Shown piece by piece: positions 35,901-54,822 of a stretch of DNA of 64,000 nt. Origin of the DNA: Eledone cirrhosa (lineage: Eukaryota); contig OZ024740.1 in assembly GCA_964016885.1 (NCBI GenBank), positions 29,822,001-29,886,000 of the forward strand, written 5' to 3'. The first letter of the stretch is position 1; the number at the start of each line of letters is the position of its first letter. The position numbers and the translations under genes are program-made. The notes below the pieces were generated by a model. That model saw nothing but the letters and a program-made list of their open reading frames with translations, was not told the origin of the DNA and searched no databases.

Positions 35901-38869
35901 CATACATTACCACATATAAGTCTCACCATACATCACTACAGTCTCACCATACATCACCACATATAAGTCTCACAAAACATCACCACAGTCTCACCATACA
36001 TTACCACATATAAGTCTCCACCATACATTACCACATATAAGTCTCACCATACATTACCACAAATAAGTCTCACCATACATCACCACAGTCTCACCATACA
36101 TCACCACATATAAGTCTCACCATACATCACCACATATAAGTCTCACCATACATCACCACAGTCTCACCATACATTACCACATATAAGTCTCACCATACAT
36201 TACCACATATAAGTCTCACCATACATCCCACAGTCTCATCATACATTACCACATATAAGTGTCACCATACATCACCACATAAGTCTCACCATACATTACC
36301 ACACATAAGTCTCACCATACATCACCGCATATAAGTCTCACCATACATCACCACAGTCTCACCATACATCACCACATATAAGTCTCACCATACATCACCA
36401 CAGTCTCACTATATATTACCACATATAAGTCTTACCATACATCCCCACAGTCTCACCATACATTACCACAGTCTCACCATACATCACTTCATATAAGTCT
36501 CACCATACATTACCACATATAAGTCTCACCATACATCACCACATATAAGTCTCACCATACATTACCACATATAAGTCTCACCATACATTACCACATATAA
36601 GTCTCACCATACATCACCACATATAAGTCTCACCATACATCACCACATAAATCTCAAAATACATTACCACTCATAAGTCTCACCATACATCACCACAGTC
36701 TCACCATACATTACCACATATAATTCTAACCATATATTACCACATATAAGCCTCATCATACATTACCACAGTCTAGACATACATTACCACATATAAGTCT
36801 CACCATACATTACCACAGTCTCACCATACATTACCACATATAAGTCTCACCATACATCACCACAGTCTCACCATACATTACCACATATAAGTCTCATCAT
36901 ACATTACCACAGTCTCACCATACATTACCACATATAAGTCTCATCATACATTACCACAGTCTCACCATACATTACCACATATAAGTCTCACCATACATCA
37001 CCACAGATTCACCATACATTACCACATATAAGTCTCATCATACATTACCACAGTCTCACCATACATTACCACATATAAGTCTCACCATACATTACCACAT
37101 ATAAGTCTCACCATACATCAACACAGTCTCACCATACATTACCACATATAAGTCTCACCATACATCACTACAGTCTCACCATACATCACCACATATAAGT
37201 CTCACCATACATCACCACTGTCTCACCATACATTACCACATATAAGTCTCCACCATACATTACCACATATAAGTCTCACCATACATTACCACAAATAAGT
37301 CTCACCATACATCACCACAGTCTCACCATACATCACCACATATAAGTCTCACCATACATCACCACATATAAGTCTCACCATACATCACCACAGTCTCACC
37401 ATACATTACCACATATAAGTCTCACCATACATTACCACATATAAGTCTCACCATACATCCCACAGTCTCATCATACATTACCACATATAAGTCTCACCAT
37501 ACATCACCACATAAGTCTCACCATACATTACCACACATAAGTCTCACCATACATCACCGCATATAAGTCTCACCATACATCACCAGAGTCTCACCATACA
37601 TCACCACATATAAGTCTCACCATACATCACCACAGTCTCACTATACATTACAACATATAAGTCTCACTATACATTACCACATATAAGTCTCACCATACAT
37701 TACCACAGTCTCACCATACATTACCACATATAAGTCTCACCATACATCACCACAGTCTCACCATACATTACCACATATAAGTCGCACCATACATTACCAG
37801 AGTCTCACCATACATCACCACATATAAGTCTCCACCATACATAACCACAGTCTCACCATACATTACCACATATAAGTCTCCACCATACATTACCAGAGTC
37901 TCACCATACATCACCACATATAAGTCTCACCATACATCACCACAGTCTCACTATACATTACCACATATAAGTCTCACCATACATTACCACATATAAGTCT
38001 CACCATACATCACTACAGTCTAACCATACATCACCACATATAAGTCTCACCATACATCACCACATAAGTCACACCATACATTACCACATATAAGTCTCAC
38101 CATACATTACCACATATAAGTCTCACCATACATCACCACAGTCTCACCATACGTAACCACATATAAGTCTCATCATACATTACCACAGTCTCACCATACA
38201 TTACCACATATAAGTCTCACCATACATTACCACATATACGTCTCACCATACATCACCACAGTCTCATCATACATTACCACATATAAGTCTCATCATACAT
38301 TACCACAGTCTCACCATACATTACCACATATAAGTCTCATCATACATCACCACAGTCTGACCATACATTACCACATATAAGTCTCACCATACATCAACAC
38401 AGTCTCACCATACATTACCGCATATAAGTCTCACCATACATCACCACATAAGTCTCACCATATATTACCACACATAAGTCTCACCATACATCACCACAGT
38501 CTCACCATTCATCACCACAGTTTCACCATACATTACCACATATAAGTCTCACCATACATCACCACAGTCTCACCATACATCACCACATATAAGTCTCATC
38601 ATACATTACCACAGTCTCACCATTCATCACCAAATATAAGTCTCACCATACATCACCACAGTCTCACAATACATTACCACATATAAGTCTCACCATACAT
38701 CACCTCAGTCTCACCATACATCACCTCAGTCTCACCATACATTACCACATATAAGTCTCACCATACATTACCACAGTCTCACCATCCATTACCACATATA
38801 AGTCTCACCATACATCACCACAGTCTAACCATACATTACCACATATATGTCTCCACCATACATTACCAC

Positions 38870-41220
38870 ATATAAGTCTCACCATACATTACCACATATA
38901 AGTCTCACCATACATCACCACAGTCTCACCATACATCACCACATATAAGTCTCACCATACATCACCACATATAAGTCTCACCATACATCACCACAGTCTC
39001 ACCTTACATTACCACATATAAGTCTCACCATACATCACCACAGTCTCACCATACATTACCACATATAAGTCTCACCATACATCACCACATAAGTCTCCCC
39101 ATACATTACCACATATAAGTCTCACCATACATTACCACATATAAGTCTCACCATACATCACCACAGTCTCAACATATATTACCACATATAAGTCTCACCA
39201 TACATCACCACAGTCTCACCATACATTACCACATATAAGACTCACCATACATCACCACAGTCTCACCATACATTACCACATATAAGTCTCATCATACATT
39301 ACCACAGTCTCACCATACATTACCACAAATAAGTCTCACCATACATTACCACAGTCTCACCATACATTACCGCATATAAGTCTCACCATACATCACCACA
39401 GTCTCACCATACATTACCACATATAAGTCTCACCATACATCACTACAGTCTCACCATACATCACCACATATAAGTCTCACCATATATTACCACATATAAG
39501 TCTCATCATACATTACCACAGTCTCACCATACATTACCACATATAAGTCTCACCATACATTACCACATATAAGTCTCACCATACATCACCACAGTCTCAC
39601 CATACATTACCACATATAAGTCTCATCATACATTACCACAGTCTCACCATACATTACCACATATAAGTCTCATCATACATTACCACAGTCTCACCATACA
39701 TTACCACATATAAGTCTCACCATACATCAACACAGTCTCACCATACATTACCACATATAAGTCTCACCATACATCACTACAGTCTCACCATACATCACCA
39801 CATATAAGTCTCACAATACATCACCACAGTCTCACCATACATTACCACATATAAGTCTCCACCATACATTACCACATATGAGTCTCACCATACATTACCA
39901 CAAATAAGTCTCACCATACATCACCACAGTCTCACCATACATCACCACATATAAGTCTCACCATACATCACCACATATAAGTCTCACCATACATCACCAC
40001 AGTCTCACCATACATTACCACATATAAGTCTCACCATACATTACCACATATAAGTCTCACCATACATCACCACAGTCTCACCATACATCACCACATATAA
40101 GTCTCACCATACATCACCACAAATAAGTCTCACCATACATCACCACAGTCTCACCTTACATTACCACATATAAGTCTCACCATACATCACCACAGTCTCA
40201 CCATACATTACCACATATAAGTCTCACCATACATCACCACATAAGTCTCCCCATACATTACCACATATAAGTCTCACCATACATTACCACATATAAGTCT
40301 CACCATACATCACCACAGTCTCAACATATATTACCACATATAAGTCTCACCATACATCACCACAGTCTCACCATACATTACCACATATAAGACTCACCAT
40401 ACATCACCACAGTCTCACCATACATTACCACATATAAGTCTCATCATACATTACCACAGTCTCACCATACATTACCACAAATAAGTCTCACCATACATTA
40501 CCACAGTCTCACCATACATTACCGCATATAAGTCTCACCATACATCACCACAGTCTCACCATACATTACCACATATAAGTCTCACCATACATCACTACAG
40601 TCTCACCATACATCACCACATATAAGTCTCACCATATATTACCACATATAAGTCTCATCATACATTACCACAGTCTCACCATACATTACCACATATAAGT
40701 CTCACCATACATTACCACATATAAGTCTCACCATACATCACCACAGTCTCACCATACATTACCACATATAAGTCTCATCATACATTACCACAGTCTCACC
40801 ATACATTACCACATATAAGTCTCATCATACATTACCACAGTCTCACCATACATTACCACATATAAGTCTCACCATACATCAACACAGTCTCACCATACAT
40901 TACCACATATAAGTCTCACCATACATCACTACAGTCTCACCATACATCACCACATATAAGTCTCACAATACATCACCACAGTCTCACCATACATTACCAC
41001 ATATAAGTCTCCACCATACATTACCACATATAAGTCTCACCATACATTACCACAAATAAGTCTCACCATACATCACCACAGTCTCACCATACATCACCAC
41101 ATATAAGTCTCACCATACATCACCACATATAAGTCTCACCATACATCACCACAGTCTCACCATACATTACCACATATAAGTCTCACCATACATTACCACA
41201 TATAAGTCTCACCATACATC
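38870..41220. repeat. Higher-order tandem duplication, period 1152 bp (boundaries approximate)
   Basis: ACCTTACATT at 39001/40153 and GTCTCCCCATAC at 39093/40245. Confidence 0.8.
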
Positions 41221-44200
41221 CCACAGTCTCATTATACATTACCACATATAAGTGTCACCATACATCACCACATAAGTCTCACCATACATTACCACACATA
41301 AGTCTCACCATACATCACCGCATATAAGTCTCACCATACATCACCACAGTCTCACCATACATCACCACATATAAGTCTCACCATACATCACCACAGTCTC
41401 ACTATATATTACCACATATAAGTCTCACCATACATCCCCACAGTCTCACCATACATTACCACAGTCTCACCATACATCACTTCATATAAGTCTCACCATA
41501 CATTACCACATATAAGTCTCACCATACATCACCACATATAAGTCTCACCATACATTACCACATATAAGTCTCACCATACATTACCACATATAAGTCTCAC
41601 CATACATCACCACATATAAGTCTCACCATACATCACCACATAAGTCTCACAATATATTACCACACATAAGTCTCACCATACATCACCACAGTCTCACCAT
41701 ACATCACCACAGTCTCACCATACATTACCACATATAAGTCTCCACCATACATTACCACAGTCTCACCATACATTACCACATATAAGTCTCACCATACATT
41801 ACCACAGTCTCACCATACATTACCACATATAAGTCTCACCATACATCACTACAGTCTAACCATACATCACCACATATAAGTCTCACCATACATCACCACA
41901 TAAGTCACACCATACATTACCACATATAAGTCTCACCATACATTACCACATATAAGTCTCACCATACATTACTACATATAAGTCTCACCATACATCACCA
42001 CAGTCTCACCATACATTACCACATATAAGTCTCATCATACATCACCACAGTCTCACCATACATTACCACATATAAATCTCACCATACATTACCACATATA
42101 AGTCTCACCATACATCAACACAGTCTCACCATACATTACCACATATAAGTCTCACCATACATCACTACAGTCTAACCATACATCACCACATATAAGTCTC
42201 ACCATACATCACCACATAAGACTCACCATACATTACCACATATAAGTCTCACCATACATTACCACATATAAGTCTCACCATACATCACCACAGTCTCACC
42301 ATACATTACCACATATAAGTCCCACCATACATCACCACATAAGTCTCACCATATATTACCACACATAACTCTCACCATACACCACCACAGTCTCACCATA
42401 CATCACCACATATAAGTCTCATCATACATTACCACAGTCTCACCATACATCACCACATATAAGTCTCACCATACATCACCACAGTCTCACCATACATTAC
42501 CACATATAAGTCTCACCATACATCACCACAGTCTCACCATACATCACCACATATAAGTCTCATCATACATTACCACAGTCTCACCATACATCACCACATA
42601 TAAGTCTCACCATACATCACCACAGTCTCACCATACATTACCACATATACGTCTCACCATACATCACCGCAGTCTCACTATACATCACCTCAGTCTCACC
42701 ATACATTACCACATATAAGTCTCACCATACATTACCACAGTCTCACCATACATTACCACATATAAGTCTCACCATACATCACCACAGTCTCACCATACAT
42801 TACCACATATAAGTCTCACCATACATTACCACATATAAGTCTCACCATACATCACCACAGTCTCACCATACATCACCACATATAAGTCTCACCATACATC
42901 ACCACATATAAGTCTCACCATACATCACCACACTCTCACCATACATTACCACATATATGTCTCACCATACATCATCACACTCTCACCATACATTACCACA
43001 TATAAGTCTCACCATACATCACCACATAAGTCTCACCATACATTACCACATATAAGTCTCACCATACATTACCACATATAAGTCTCACCATACATCACCA
43101 CAGTCTCACCATATATTACCACATATAAGTCTCACCATACATCACCACAGTCTCACCATACATTACCACATATAAGTCTCACCATACATCACCACAGTCT
43201 CACCATACATTACCACATATAAGTCTCATCATACATTACCACAGTCTCACCATACATTACCACATATATGTCTCACCATACATTACCACAGTCTCACCAT
43301 ACATTACCACATATAAGTCTCACCATACATTACCACATATAAGTCTCACCATACATCACCACAGTCTCACCATACATTACCACATATAAGTCTCATCATA
43401 CATTACCACAGTCTCACCATACATTACCACATATAAGTCTCACTATACATTACCACATATAAGTCTCACCATACATTACCACATATAAGTCTCACCATAC
43501 ATCACCACAGTCTCACCATACATTACCACATATAAGTCTCATCATACATTACCACAGTCTCACCATACATTACCACATATAAGTCTCACCATACATCAAC
43601 ACAGTCTCATCATACATTACCACATATAAGTCTCACCATACATCACCACAGTCTCACCATACATTACCACATATAAGTCTCATCATACATTACCACAGTC
43701 TCACCATACATTACCACATATAAGTCTCACCATACATTACCACAGTCTCACCATACATTACCACATATAAGTCTCACCATACATTACCACATATACGTCT
43801 CACCATACATCACCACAGTCTCACCATACATTACCACATATAAGTCTCATCATACATTACCACAGTCTCACCATACATTACCACATATAAGTCTCATCAT
43901 ACATCACCACAGTCTGACCATACATTACCACATATAAGTCTCACCATACATCAACACAGTCTCACCATACATTACCACATATAAGTCTCACCATACATCA
44001 CTACAGTCTAACCATACATCACCACATATAAGTCTCACCATACATCACCACATAAGACTCACCATACATTACCACATATAAGTCTCACCATACATTACCA
44101 CATATAAGTCTCACCATACATCACCACAGTCTCAACATACATAACCACACATAAGTCTCACCATACATCACCACATAAGTCTCACCATATATTACCACAC

Positions 44201-47200
44201 ATAAGTCTCACCATACATCACCACAGTCTCACCATTCATCACCACAGTCTCACCATACATTACCACATATAAGTCTCACCATACATCACCACAGTCTCAC
44301 CATACATCACCACATATAAGTCTCATCATACATTACCACAGTCTCACCATTCATCACCAAATATAAGTCTCACCATACATCACCACAGTCTCACCATACA
44401 TTACCACATATAAGTCTCACCATACATCACCTCAGTCTCACCATACATCACCTCAGTCTCACCATACATTACCACATATAAGTCTCACCATACATTACCA
44501 CAGTCTCACCATCCATTACCACATATAAGTCTCACCATACATCACCACAGTCTAACCATACATTACCACATATATGTCTCCACCATACATTACCACATAT
44601 AAGTCTCACCATACATTACCACATATAAGTCTCACCATACATCACCACAGTCTCACCATACATCACCACATATAAGTCTCACCATACATCACCACATATA
44701 AGTCTCACCATACATCACCACAGTCTCACCTTACATTACCACATATAAGTCTCACCATACATCACCACAGTCTCACCATACATTACCACATATAAGTCTC
44801 ACCATACATCACCACATAAGTCTCCCCATACATTACCACATATAAGTCTCACCATACATTACCACATATAAGTCTCACCATACATCACTACAGTCTCAAC
44901 ATATATTACCACATATAAGTCTCACCATACATCACCACAGTCTCACCATACATTACCACATATAAGTCTCACCATACATCACCACAGTCTCACCATACAT
45001 TACCACATATAAGTCTCATCATACATTACCACAGTCTCACCATACATTACCACAAATAAGTCTCACCATACATTACCACAGTCTCACCATACATTACCGC
45101 ATATAAGTCTCACCATACATCACCACAGTCTCACCATACATTACCACATATAAGTCTCACCATACATCACCACATAAGTCTCAAAATACATTACCACTCA
45201 TAAGTCTCACCATACATCACCACAGTCTCACCATACATTACCACATATAAGTCTCACCATATATTACCACATATAAGTCTCATCATACATTACCACAGTC
45301 TCACCATACATTACCACATATAAGTCTCACCATACATTACCACAGTCTCACCATACATTACCACATATAAGTCTCACCATACATTACCACATATAAGTCT
45401 CACCATACATCACCACAGTCTCACCATACATCACCACATATAAGTCTCATCATACATTACCACAGTCTCACCATACATTACCACATATAAGTCTCACCAT
45501 ACATCAACACAGTCTCACCATACATTACCACATATAAGTCTCACCATACATCACTACAGTCTCACCATACATCACCACATATAAGTCTCACAATACATCA
45601 CCACAGTCTCACCATACATTACCACATATAAGTCTCCACCATACATTACCACATATAAGTCTCACCATACATTACCACAAATAAGTCTCACCATACATTA
45701 CCACAGTCTCACCATACATTACCACATATAAGTCTCACCATACATCACCACAGTCTCACCATACATCACCACATATAAGTCTCACCATACATCACCACAT
45801 ATAAGTCTCACCATACATCACCACAGTCTCACCATACATTACCACATATAAGTCTCACCATACATTACCACATATAAGTCTCACCATACATCCCACAGTC
45901 TCATCATACATTACCACATATAAGTGTCACCATACATCACCACATAAGTCTCACCATACATTACCACACATAAGTCTCACCATACATCACCGCATATAAG
46001 TCTCACCATACATCACCACAGTCTCACCATACATCACCACATATAAGTCTCACCATACATCACCACAGTCTCACTATATATTACCACATATAAGTCTCAC
46101 CATACATCCCCACAGTCTCACCATACATTACCACAGTCTCACCATACATCACTTCATATAAGTCTCACCATACATTACCACATATAAGTCTCACCATACA
46201 TCACCACATATAAGTCTCACCATACATTACCACATATAAGTCTCACCATACATTACCACATATAAGGCTCACCATACATCACCACATATAAGTCTCACCA
46301 TACATCACCACATAAGTCTCACAATATATTACCACACATAAGTCTCACCATACATCACCACAGTCTCACCATACATCACCACAGTCTCACCATACATTAC
46401 CACATATAAGTCTCCACCATACATTACCACAGTCTCACCATACATTACCACATATAAGTCTCACCATACATTACCACAGTCTCACCATACATTACCACAT
46501 ATAAGTCTCACCATACATCACTACAGTCTAACCATACATCACCACATATAAGTCTCACCATACATCACCACATAAGTCACACCATACATTACCACATATA
46601 AGTCTCACCATACATTACCACATATAAGTCTCACCATACATCACCACAGTCTCACCATACGTTACCACATATAAGTCTCATCATACATTACCACAGTCTC
46701 ACCATACATTACCACATATAAGTCTCACCATACATTACTACATATAAGTCTCACCATACATCACCACAGTCTCACCATACATTACCACATATAAGTCTCA
46801 TCATACATTACCACAGTCTCACCATACATTACCACATATAAGTCTCATCATACATCACCACAGTCTCACCATACATTACCACATATAAGTCTCACCATAC
46901 ATTACCACATATAAGTCTCACCATACATCAACACAGTCTCACCATACATTACCACATATAAGTCTCACCATACATCACTACAGTCTAACCATACATCACC
47001 ACATATAAGTGTCACCATACATCACCACATAAGACTCACCATACATTACCACATATAAGTCTCACCATACATTACCACATATAAGTCTCACCATACATCA
47101 CCACAGTCTCACCATACATTACCACATATAAGTCTCACCATACATCACCACATAAGTCTCACCATATATTACCACACATAACTCTCACCATACACCACCA

Positions 47201-47397
47201 CAGTCTCACCATACATCACCACATATAAGTCTCATCATACATCACCACAGTCTCACCATACATCATCACATATAAGTCTCACCATACATCACCACAGTCT
47301 CACCATACATTACCACATATAAGTCTCACCATACATCACCACAGTCTCACCATACATCACCACATATAAGTCTCATCATACATTACCACAGTCTCAA

Positions 47398-50300
47398 CAT
47401 ACATCACCACATATAAGTCTCACCATACATCACCACAGTCTCACCATACATTACCACATATAAGTCTCACCATACATCACCGCAGTCTCACCATACATCA
47501 CCTCAGTCTCACCATACATTACCACATATAAGTCTCACCATACATTACCACAGTCTCACCATACATTACCACATATAAGTCTCACCATACATCACCACAG
47601 TCTCACCATACATTACCACATATAAGTCTCACCATACATTACCACATATAAGTCTCACCATACATCACCACAGTCTCGCCATACATCACCACATATAAGT
47701 CTCACCATACATCACCACATATAAGTCTCACCATACATCACCACACTCTCACCATACATTACCACATATATGTCTCACCATACATCATCACACTCTCACC
47801 ATACATTACCACATATAAGTCTCACCATACATCACCACATAAGTCTCACCATACATTACCACATATAAGTCTCACCATACATTACCACATATAAGTCTCA
47901 CCATACATCACCACAGTCTCACCATATATTACCACATATAAGTCTCACCATACATCACCACAGTCTCACCATACATTACCACATATAAGTCTCACCATAC
48001 ATCACCACAGTCACACCATACATTACCACATATAAGTCTCATCATACATTACCACAGTCTCACCATACATTACCACATATAAGTCTCACCATACATTACC
48101 ACAGTCTCACCATACATTACCACATATAAGTCTCACCATACATCACCACAGTCTCACCATACATTACCACATATAAGTCTCATCATACATTACCACAGTC
48201 TCACCATACATTACCACATATAAGTCTCACTTTACATTACCACATATAAGTCTCACCATACATTACCACATATAAGTCTCACCATACATCACCACAGTCT
48301 CACCATACATTACCACATATAAGTCTCATCATACATTACCACAGTCTCACCATACATTACCACATATAAGTCTCACCATACATCAACACAGTCTCATCAT
48401 ACATTACCACATATAAGTCTCACCATACATCAACACAGTCTCACCATACATTACCACATATAAGTCTCACCATAGATCACTACAGTCTCACCATACATCA
48501 CCACATATAAGTCTCACCATACATCACCACAGTCTCACCATACATTACCACATATAAGTCTCACCATACATCACCACAGTCTCACCATACATCACCACAT
48601 ATAAGTCTCATCATACATTACCACAGTCTCACCATACATCACCACATATAAGTCTCACCATACATCACCACAGTCTCACCATACATTACCACATATAAGT
48701 CTCACCATACATCACCGCAGTCTCACCATACATCACCTCAGTCTCACCATACATTACCACATATAAGTCTCACCATACATTACCACAGTCTCACCATACA
48801 TTACCACATATAAGTCTCACCATACATTACCACATATAAGTCTCACCATACATCACCACAGTCTCACCATACATCACCACATATAAGTCTCACCATACAT
48901 CACCACATATAAGTCTCACCATACATCACCACACTCTCACCATACATTACCACATATATGTCTCACCATACATCATCACAGTCTCACCATACATTACCAC
49001 ATATAAGTCTCACCATACATCACCACATAAGTCTCACCATACATTACCACATATAAGTCTCACAATACATTACCACATATAAGTCTCACCATACATCACC
49101 ACAGTCTCACCATATATTACCACATATAAGTCTCACCATACATCACCACAGTCTCACCATACATTACCACATATAAGTCTCACCATACATCACCACAGTC
49201 TCACCATACATTACCACATATAAGTCTCATCATACATTACCACAGTCTCACCATACATTACCACATATAAGTCTCACCATACATTACCACAGTCTCACCA
49301 TACATTACCACATATAAGTCTCACCATACATTACCACATATAAGTCTCACCATACATCACCACAGTCTCACCATACATTACCACATATAAGTCTCACCAT
49401 ACATCACCACATAAGTCTCAAAATACATTACCACTCATAAGTCTCACCATACATCACCACAGTCTCACCATACATTACCACATATAAGTCTCACCATACA
49501 TTACCACATATAAGTCTCATCATACATTACCACAGTCTCACCATACATTACCACATATAAGTCTCACTATACATTACCACATATAAGTCTCACCATACAT
49601 TACCACATATAAGTCTCACCATACATCACCACAGTCTCACCATACATTACCACATATAAGTCTCATCATACATTACCACAGTCTCACCATACATTACCAC
49701 ATATAAGTCTCACCATACATCAACACAGTCTCAACATACATTACCACATATAAGTCTCACCATACATCAACACAGTCTCACCATACATTACCACATATAA
49801 GTCTCACCATACATCACTACAGTCTCACCATACATCACCACATATAAGTCTCACCATACATCATCACATAAGACTCACCATACATTACCACATATAAGTC
49901 TCACCATACATTACCACATATAAGTCTCACCATACATCACCACAGTCTCACCATACATTACCACATATAAGTCTCACCATACATCACCACATATAAGTCT
50001 CACCATACATCACCACAGTCTCACCATACATTACCACATATAAGTCTCACCATACATCACCGCAGTCTCACCATACATCACCTCAGTCTCACCATACATT
50101 ACCACATATAAGTCTCACCATACATTACCACAGTCTCACCATACATTACCACATATAAGTCTCACCATACATCACCACAGTCTCACCATACATTACCACA
50201 TATAAGTCTCACCATACATTACCACATATAAGTCTCACCATACATCACCACAGTCTCGCCATACATCACCACATATAAGTCTCACCATACATCACCACAT

Positions 50301-52573
50301 ATAAGTCTCACCATACATCACCACACTCTCACCATACATTACCACATATATGTCTCACCATACATCATCACACTCTCACCATACATTACCACATATAAGT
50401 CTCACCATACATCACCACATAAGTCTCACCATACATTACCACATATAAGTCTCACCATACATTACCACATATAAGTCTCACCATACATCACCACAGTCTC
50501 ACCATATATTACCACATATAAGTCTCACCATACATCACCACAGTCTCACCATACATTACCACATATAAGTCTCACCATACATCACCACAGTCACACCATA
50601 CATTACCACATATAAGTCTCATCATACATTACCACAGTCTCACCATACATTACCACATATAAGTCTCACCATACATTACCACAGTCTCACCATACATTAC
50701 CACATATAAGTCTCACCATACATCACCACAGTCTCACCATACATTACCACATATAAGTCTCATCATACATTACCACAGTCTCACCATACATTACCACATA
50801 TAAGTCTCACTTTACATTACCACATATAAGTCTCACCATACATTACCACATATAAGTCTCACCATACATCACCACAGTCTCACCATACATTACCACATAT
50901 AAGTCTCATCATACATTACCACAGTCTCACCATACATTACCACATATAAGTCTCACCATACATCAACACAGTCTCATCATACATTACCACATATAAGTCT
51001 CACCATACATCAACACAGTCTCACCATACATTACCACATATAAGTCTCACCATAGATCACTACAGTCTCACCATACATCACCACATATAAGTCTCACCAT
51101 ACATCACCACAGTCTCACCATACATTACCACATATAAGTCTCACCATACATCACCACAGTCTCACCATACATCACCACATATAAGTCTCATCATACATTA
51201 CCACAGTCTCACCATACATCACCACATATAAGTCTCACCATACATCACCACAGTCTCACCATACATTACCACATATAAGTCTCACCATACATCACCGCAG
51301 TCTCACCATACATCACCTCAGTCTCACCATACATTACCACATATAAGTCTCACCATACATTACCACAGTCTCACCATACATTACCACATATAAGTCTCAC
51401 CATACATTACCACATATAAGTCTCACCATACATCACCACAGTCTCACCATACATCACCACATATAAGTCTCACCATACATCACCACATATAAGTCTCACC
51501 ATACATCACCACACTCTCACCATACATTACCACATATATGTCTCACCATACATCATCACAGTCTCACCATACATTACCACATATAAGTCTCACCATACAT
51601 CACCACATAAGTCTCACCATACATTACCACATATAAGTCTCACAATACATTACCACATATAAGTCTCACCATACATCACCACAGTCTCACCATATATTAC
51701 CACATATAAGTCTCACCATACATCACCACAGTCTCACCATACATTACCACATATAAGTCTCACCATACATCACCACAGTCTCACCATACATTACCACATA
51801 TAAGTCTCATCATACATTACCACAGTCTCACCATACATTACCACATATAAGTCTCACCATACATTACCACAGTCTCACCATACATTACCACATATAAGTC
51901 TCACCATACATTACCACATATAAGTCTCACCATACATCACCACAGTCTCACCATACATTACCACATATAAGTCTCACCATACATCACCACATAAGTCTCA
52001 AAATACATTACCACTCATAAGTCTCACCATACATCACCACAGTCTCACCATACATTACCACATATAAGTCTCACCATACATTACCACATATAAGTCTCAT
52101 CATACATTACCACAGTCTCACCATACATTACCACATATAAGTCTCACTATACATTACCACATATAAGTCTCACCATACATTACCACATATAAGTCTCACC
52201 ATACATCACCACAGTCTCACCATACATTACCACATATAAGTCTCATCATACATTACCACAGTCTCACCATACATTACCACATATAAGTCTCACCATACAT
52301 CAACACAGTCTCAACATACATTACCACATATAAGTCTCACCATACATCAACACAGTCTCACCATACATTACCACATATAAGTCTCACCATACATCACTAC
52401 AGTCTCACCATACATCACCACATATAAGTCTCACCATACATCATCACATAAGACTCACCATACATTACCACATATAAGTCTCACCATACATTACCACATA
52501 TAAGTCTCACCATACATCACCACAGTCTCACCATACATTACCACATATAAGTCTCACCATACATCACCACATA
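47398..52573. repeat. Apparently exact tandem duplication, period 2580 bp
   Basis: Printed lines 47401-49921 match lines 49981-52501 with no difference seen by eye. Shared rare variants include GTCTCGCC, CACTTTAC and CATAGATC. The left break is at 47397 (A) vs 49977 (C). Confidence 0.92.
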
Positions 52574-53830
52574 AGTCTCACCATACATTACCACACATAA
52601 GTCTCACCATACATCACCACATATAAGTCTCACCATACATCAACACAGTCTCACCATACATCACCACATATAAGTCTCACCATACATCACCACAGTCTCA
52701 CTATACATTACCACATATAAGTCTCACCATACATCACCACAGTCTCACCATACATTACCACAATATCACCATACATCACTTCATATAAGTCTCACCATAC
52801 ATTACCACATATAAGTCTCACCATACATCACCACATATAAGTCTCACCATACATTACCACATATAAGTCTCACCATACATTACCACATATAAGTCTCACC
52901 ATACATCACCACATATAAGTCTCACCATACATTACCACATATAAGTCTCACCATACATTACCACATATAAGTCTCACCATACATTACCACATATAAGTCT
53001 CACCATACATCACCACAGTCTCACCATACATTACCACATATAAGTCTCACCATACATTACCACAGTCTCACCATACATTACCACATATAAGTCTCACCTT
53101 ACATCACCACAGTCTCACCATACATTACCACATATAAGTCTCACCATACATCACCACAGTCTCACCATACATTACCACATATTAGTCTCATCATACATCA
53201 CCACAGACTCACCATACATTACCACAGTCTCACTATACATTACCACATATAAGTCTCACCATACATCACCACATAAGTCTCAAAATACATTACCACACAT
53301 AAGTCTCACCATACATCACCACAGTCTCACCATACATTATCACATATAAGTCTCACCATACATCACCACAGTTTCACCATACATTACCACATATAAGTCT
53401 CACCATACATCACCTCAGTCTCACCATACATTACCACATATAAGTCTCACCATACATCACCACAGTCTCACCATACATTAGCACATATAAGTCTCACCAT
53501 ACATCACCACATAAGTCTCACCATACATTACCACATATAAGTCTCCACCATACATTACCACATATAAGTCTCACCATACATCACCACAGTCTCACCATAC
53601 ATTACCACATATAAGTCTCACCATACATCACCACATAAGTCTCACCATACATTACCACATATAAGTCTCACCATACATTACCACATATAAGTCTCACCAG
53701 ACATCACAACAGTCTCACCATACATTACCACATATATGTCTCACCATACATCACCACATATAAGTCTCACCATACATTACCACATATAAGTCTCACCATA
53801 CATTACCACATATAAGTCTCACCATACATC

Positions 53831-54822
53831 ACCACAGTCTCACCATACATTACCACATATAAGTCTAACCATACATCACCACAGTCTCACCATACATTAC
53901 CACATATAAGTCTCAGCATACATCACCACAGTCTCACCATACATTACCACATATAAGTCTCACCATACATCACCACATAAGTCTCAGCATACATCACCAC
54001 AGTCTACACCATACATTACCACATATAAATCTCACCATACATCACCATATAAGTCTCACCATACATCACCACAGTCTCACCATACATCACCACATATAAG
54101 TCTCACCATACATCACCTCAGTCTCACCATACATCAGCACATATAAATCTCACCAGACATTACCTCAGTCTCACCATACATCACCACATATAAGTCTCAC
54201 CATACATCACCACAGTCTCACCATACATCACCACATATAAGTCTCACAATACATCACCACAGTCTCACCATACATTACCACATATAATTCTCACCATACA
54301 TTACCACAGTCTCACCATACATTACCACATATAAGTCTAACCATACATCACCACAGTCTCACCATACATTACCACATATAAGTCTCAGCATACATCACCA
54401 CAGTCTCACCATACATTACCACATATAAGTCTCACCATACATCACCACATAAGTCTCAGCATACATCACCACAGTCTACACCATACATTACCACATATAA
54501 ATCTCACCATACATCACCATATAAGTCTCACCATACATCACCACAGTCTCACCATACATCACCACATATAAGTCTCACCATACATCACCTCAGTCTCACC
54601 ATACATCAGCACATATAAATCTCACCAGACATTACCTCAGTCTCACCATACATCACCACATATAAGTCTCACCATACATCACCACAGTCTCACCATACAT
54701 CACCACATATAAGTCTCACAATACATCACCACAGTCTCACCATACATTACCACATATAATTCTCACCATACATTACCACAGTCTCACCATACATTACCAC
54801 ATATAAGTCTAACCATACATCA
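53831..54822. repeat. Higher-order tandem duplication, period 472 bp
   Basis: GTCTAACC at 53863/54335/54807 and AGTCTACACC at 54001/54473. Confidence 0.85.
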
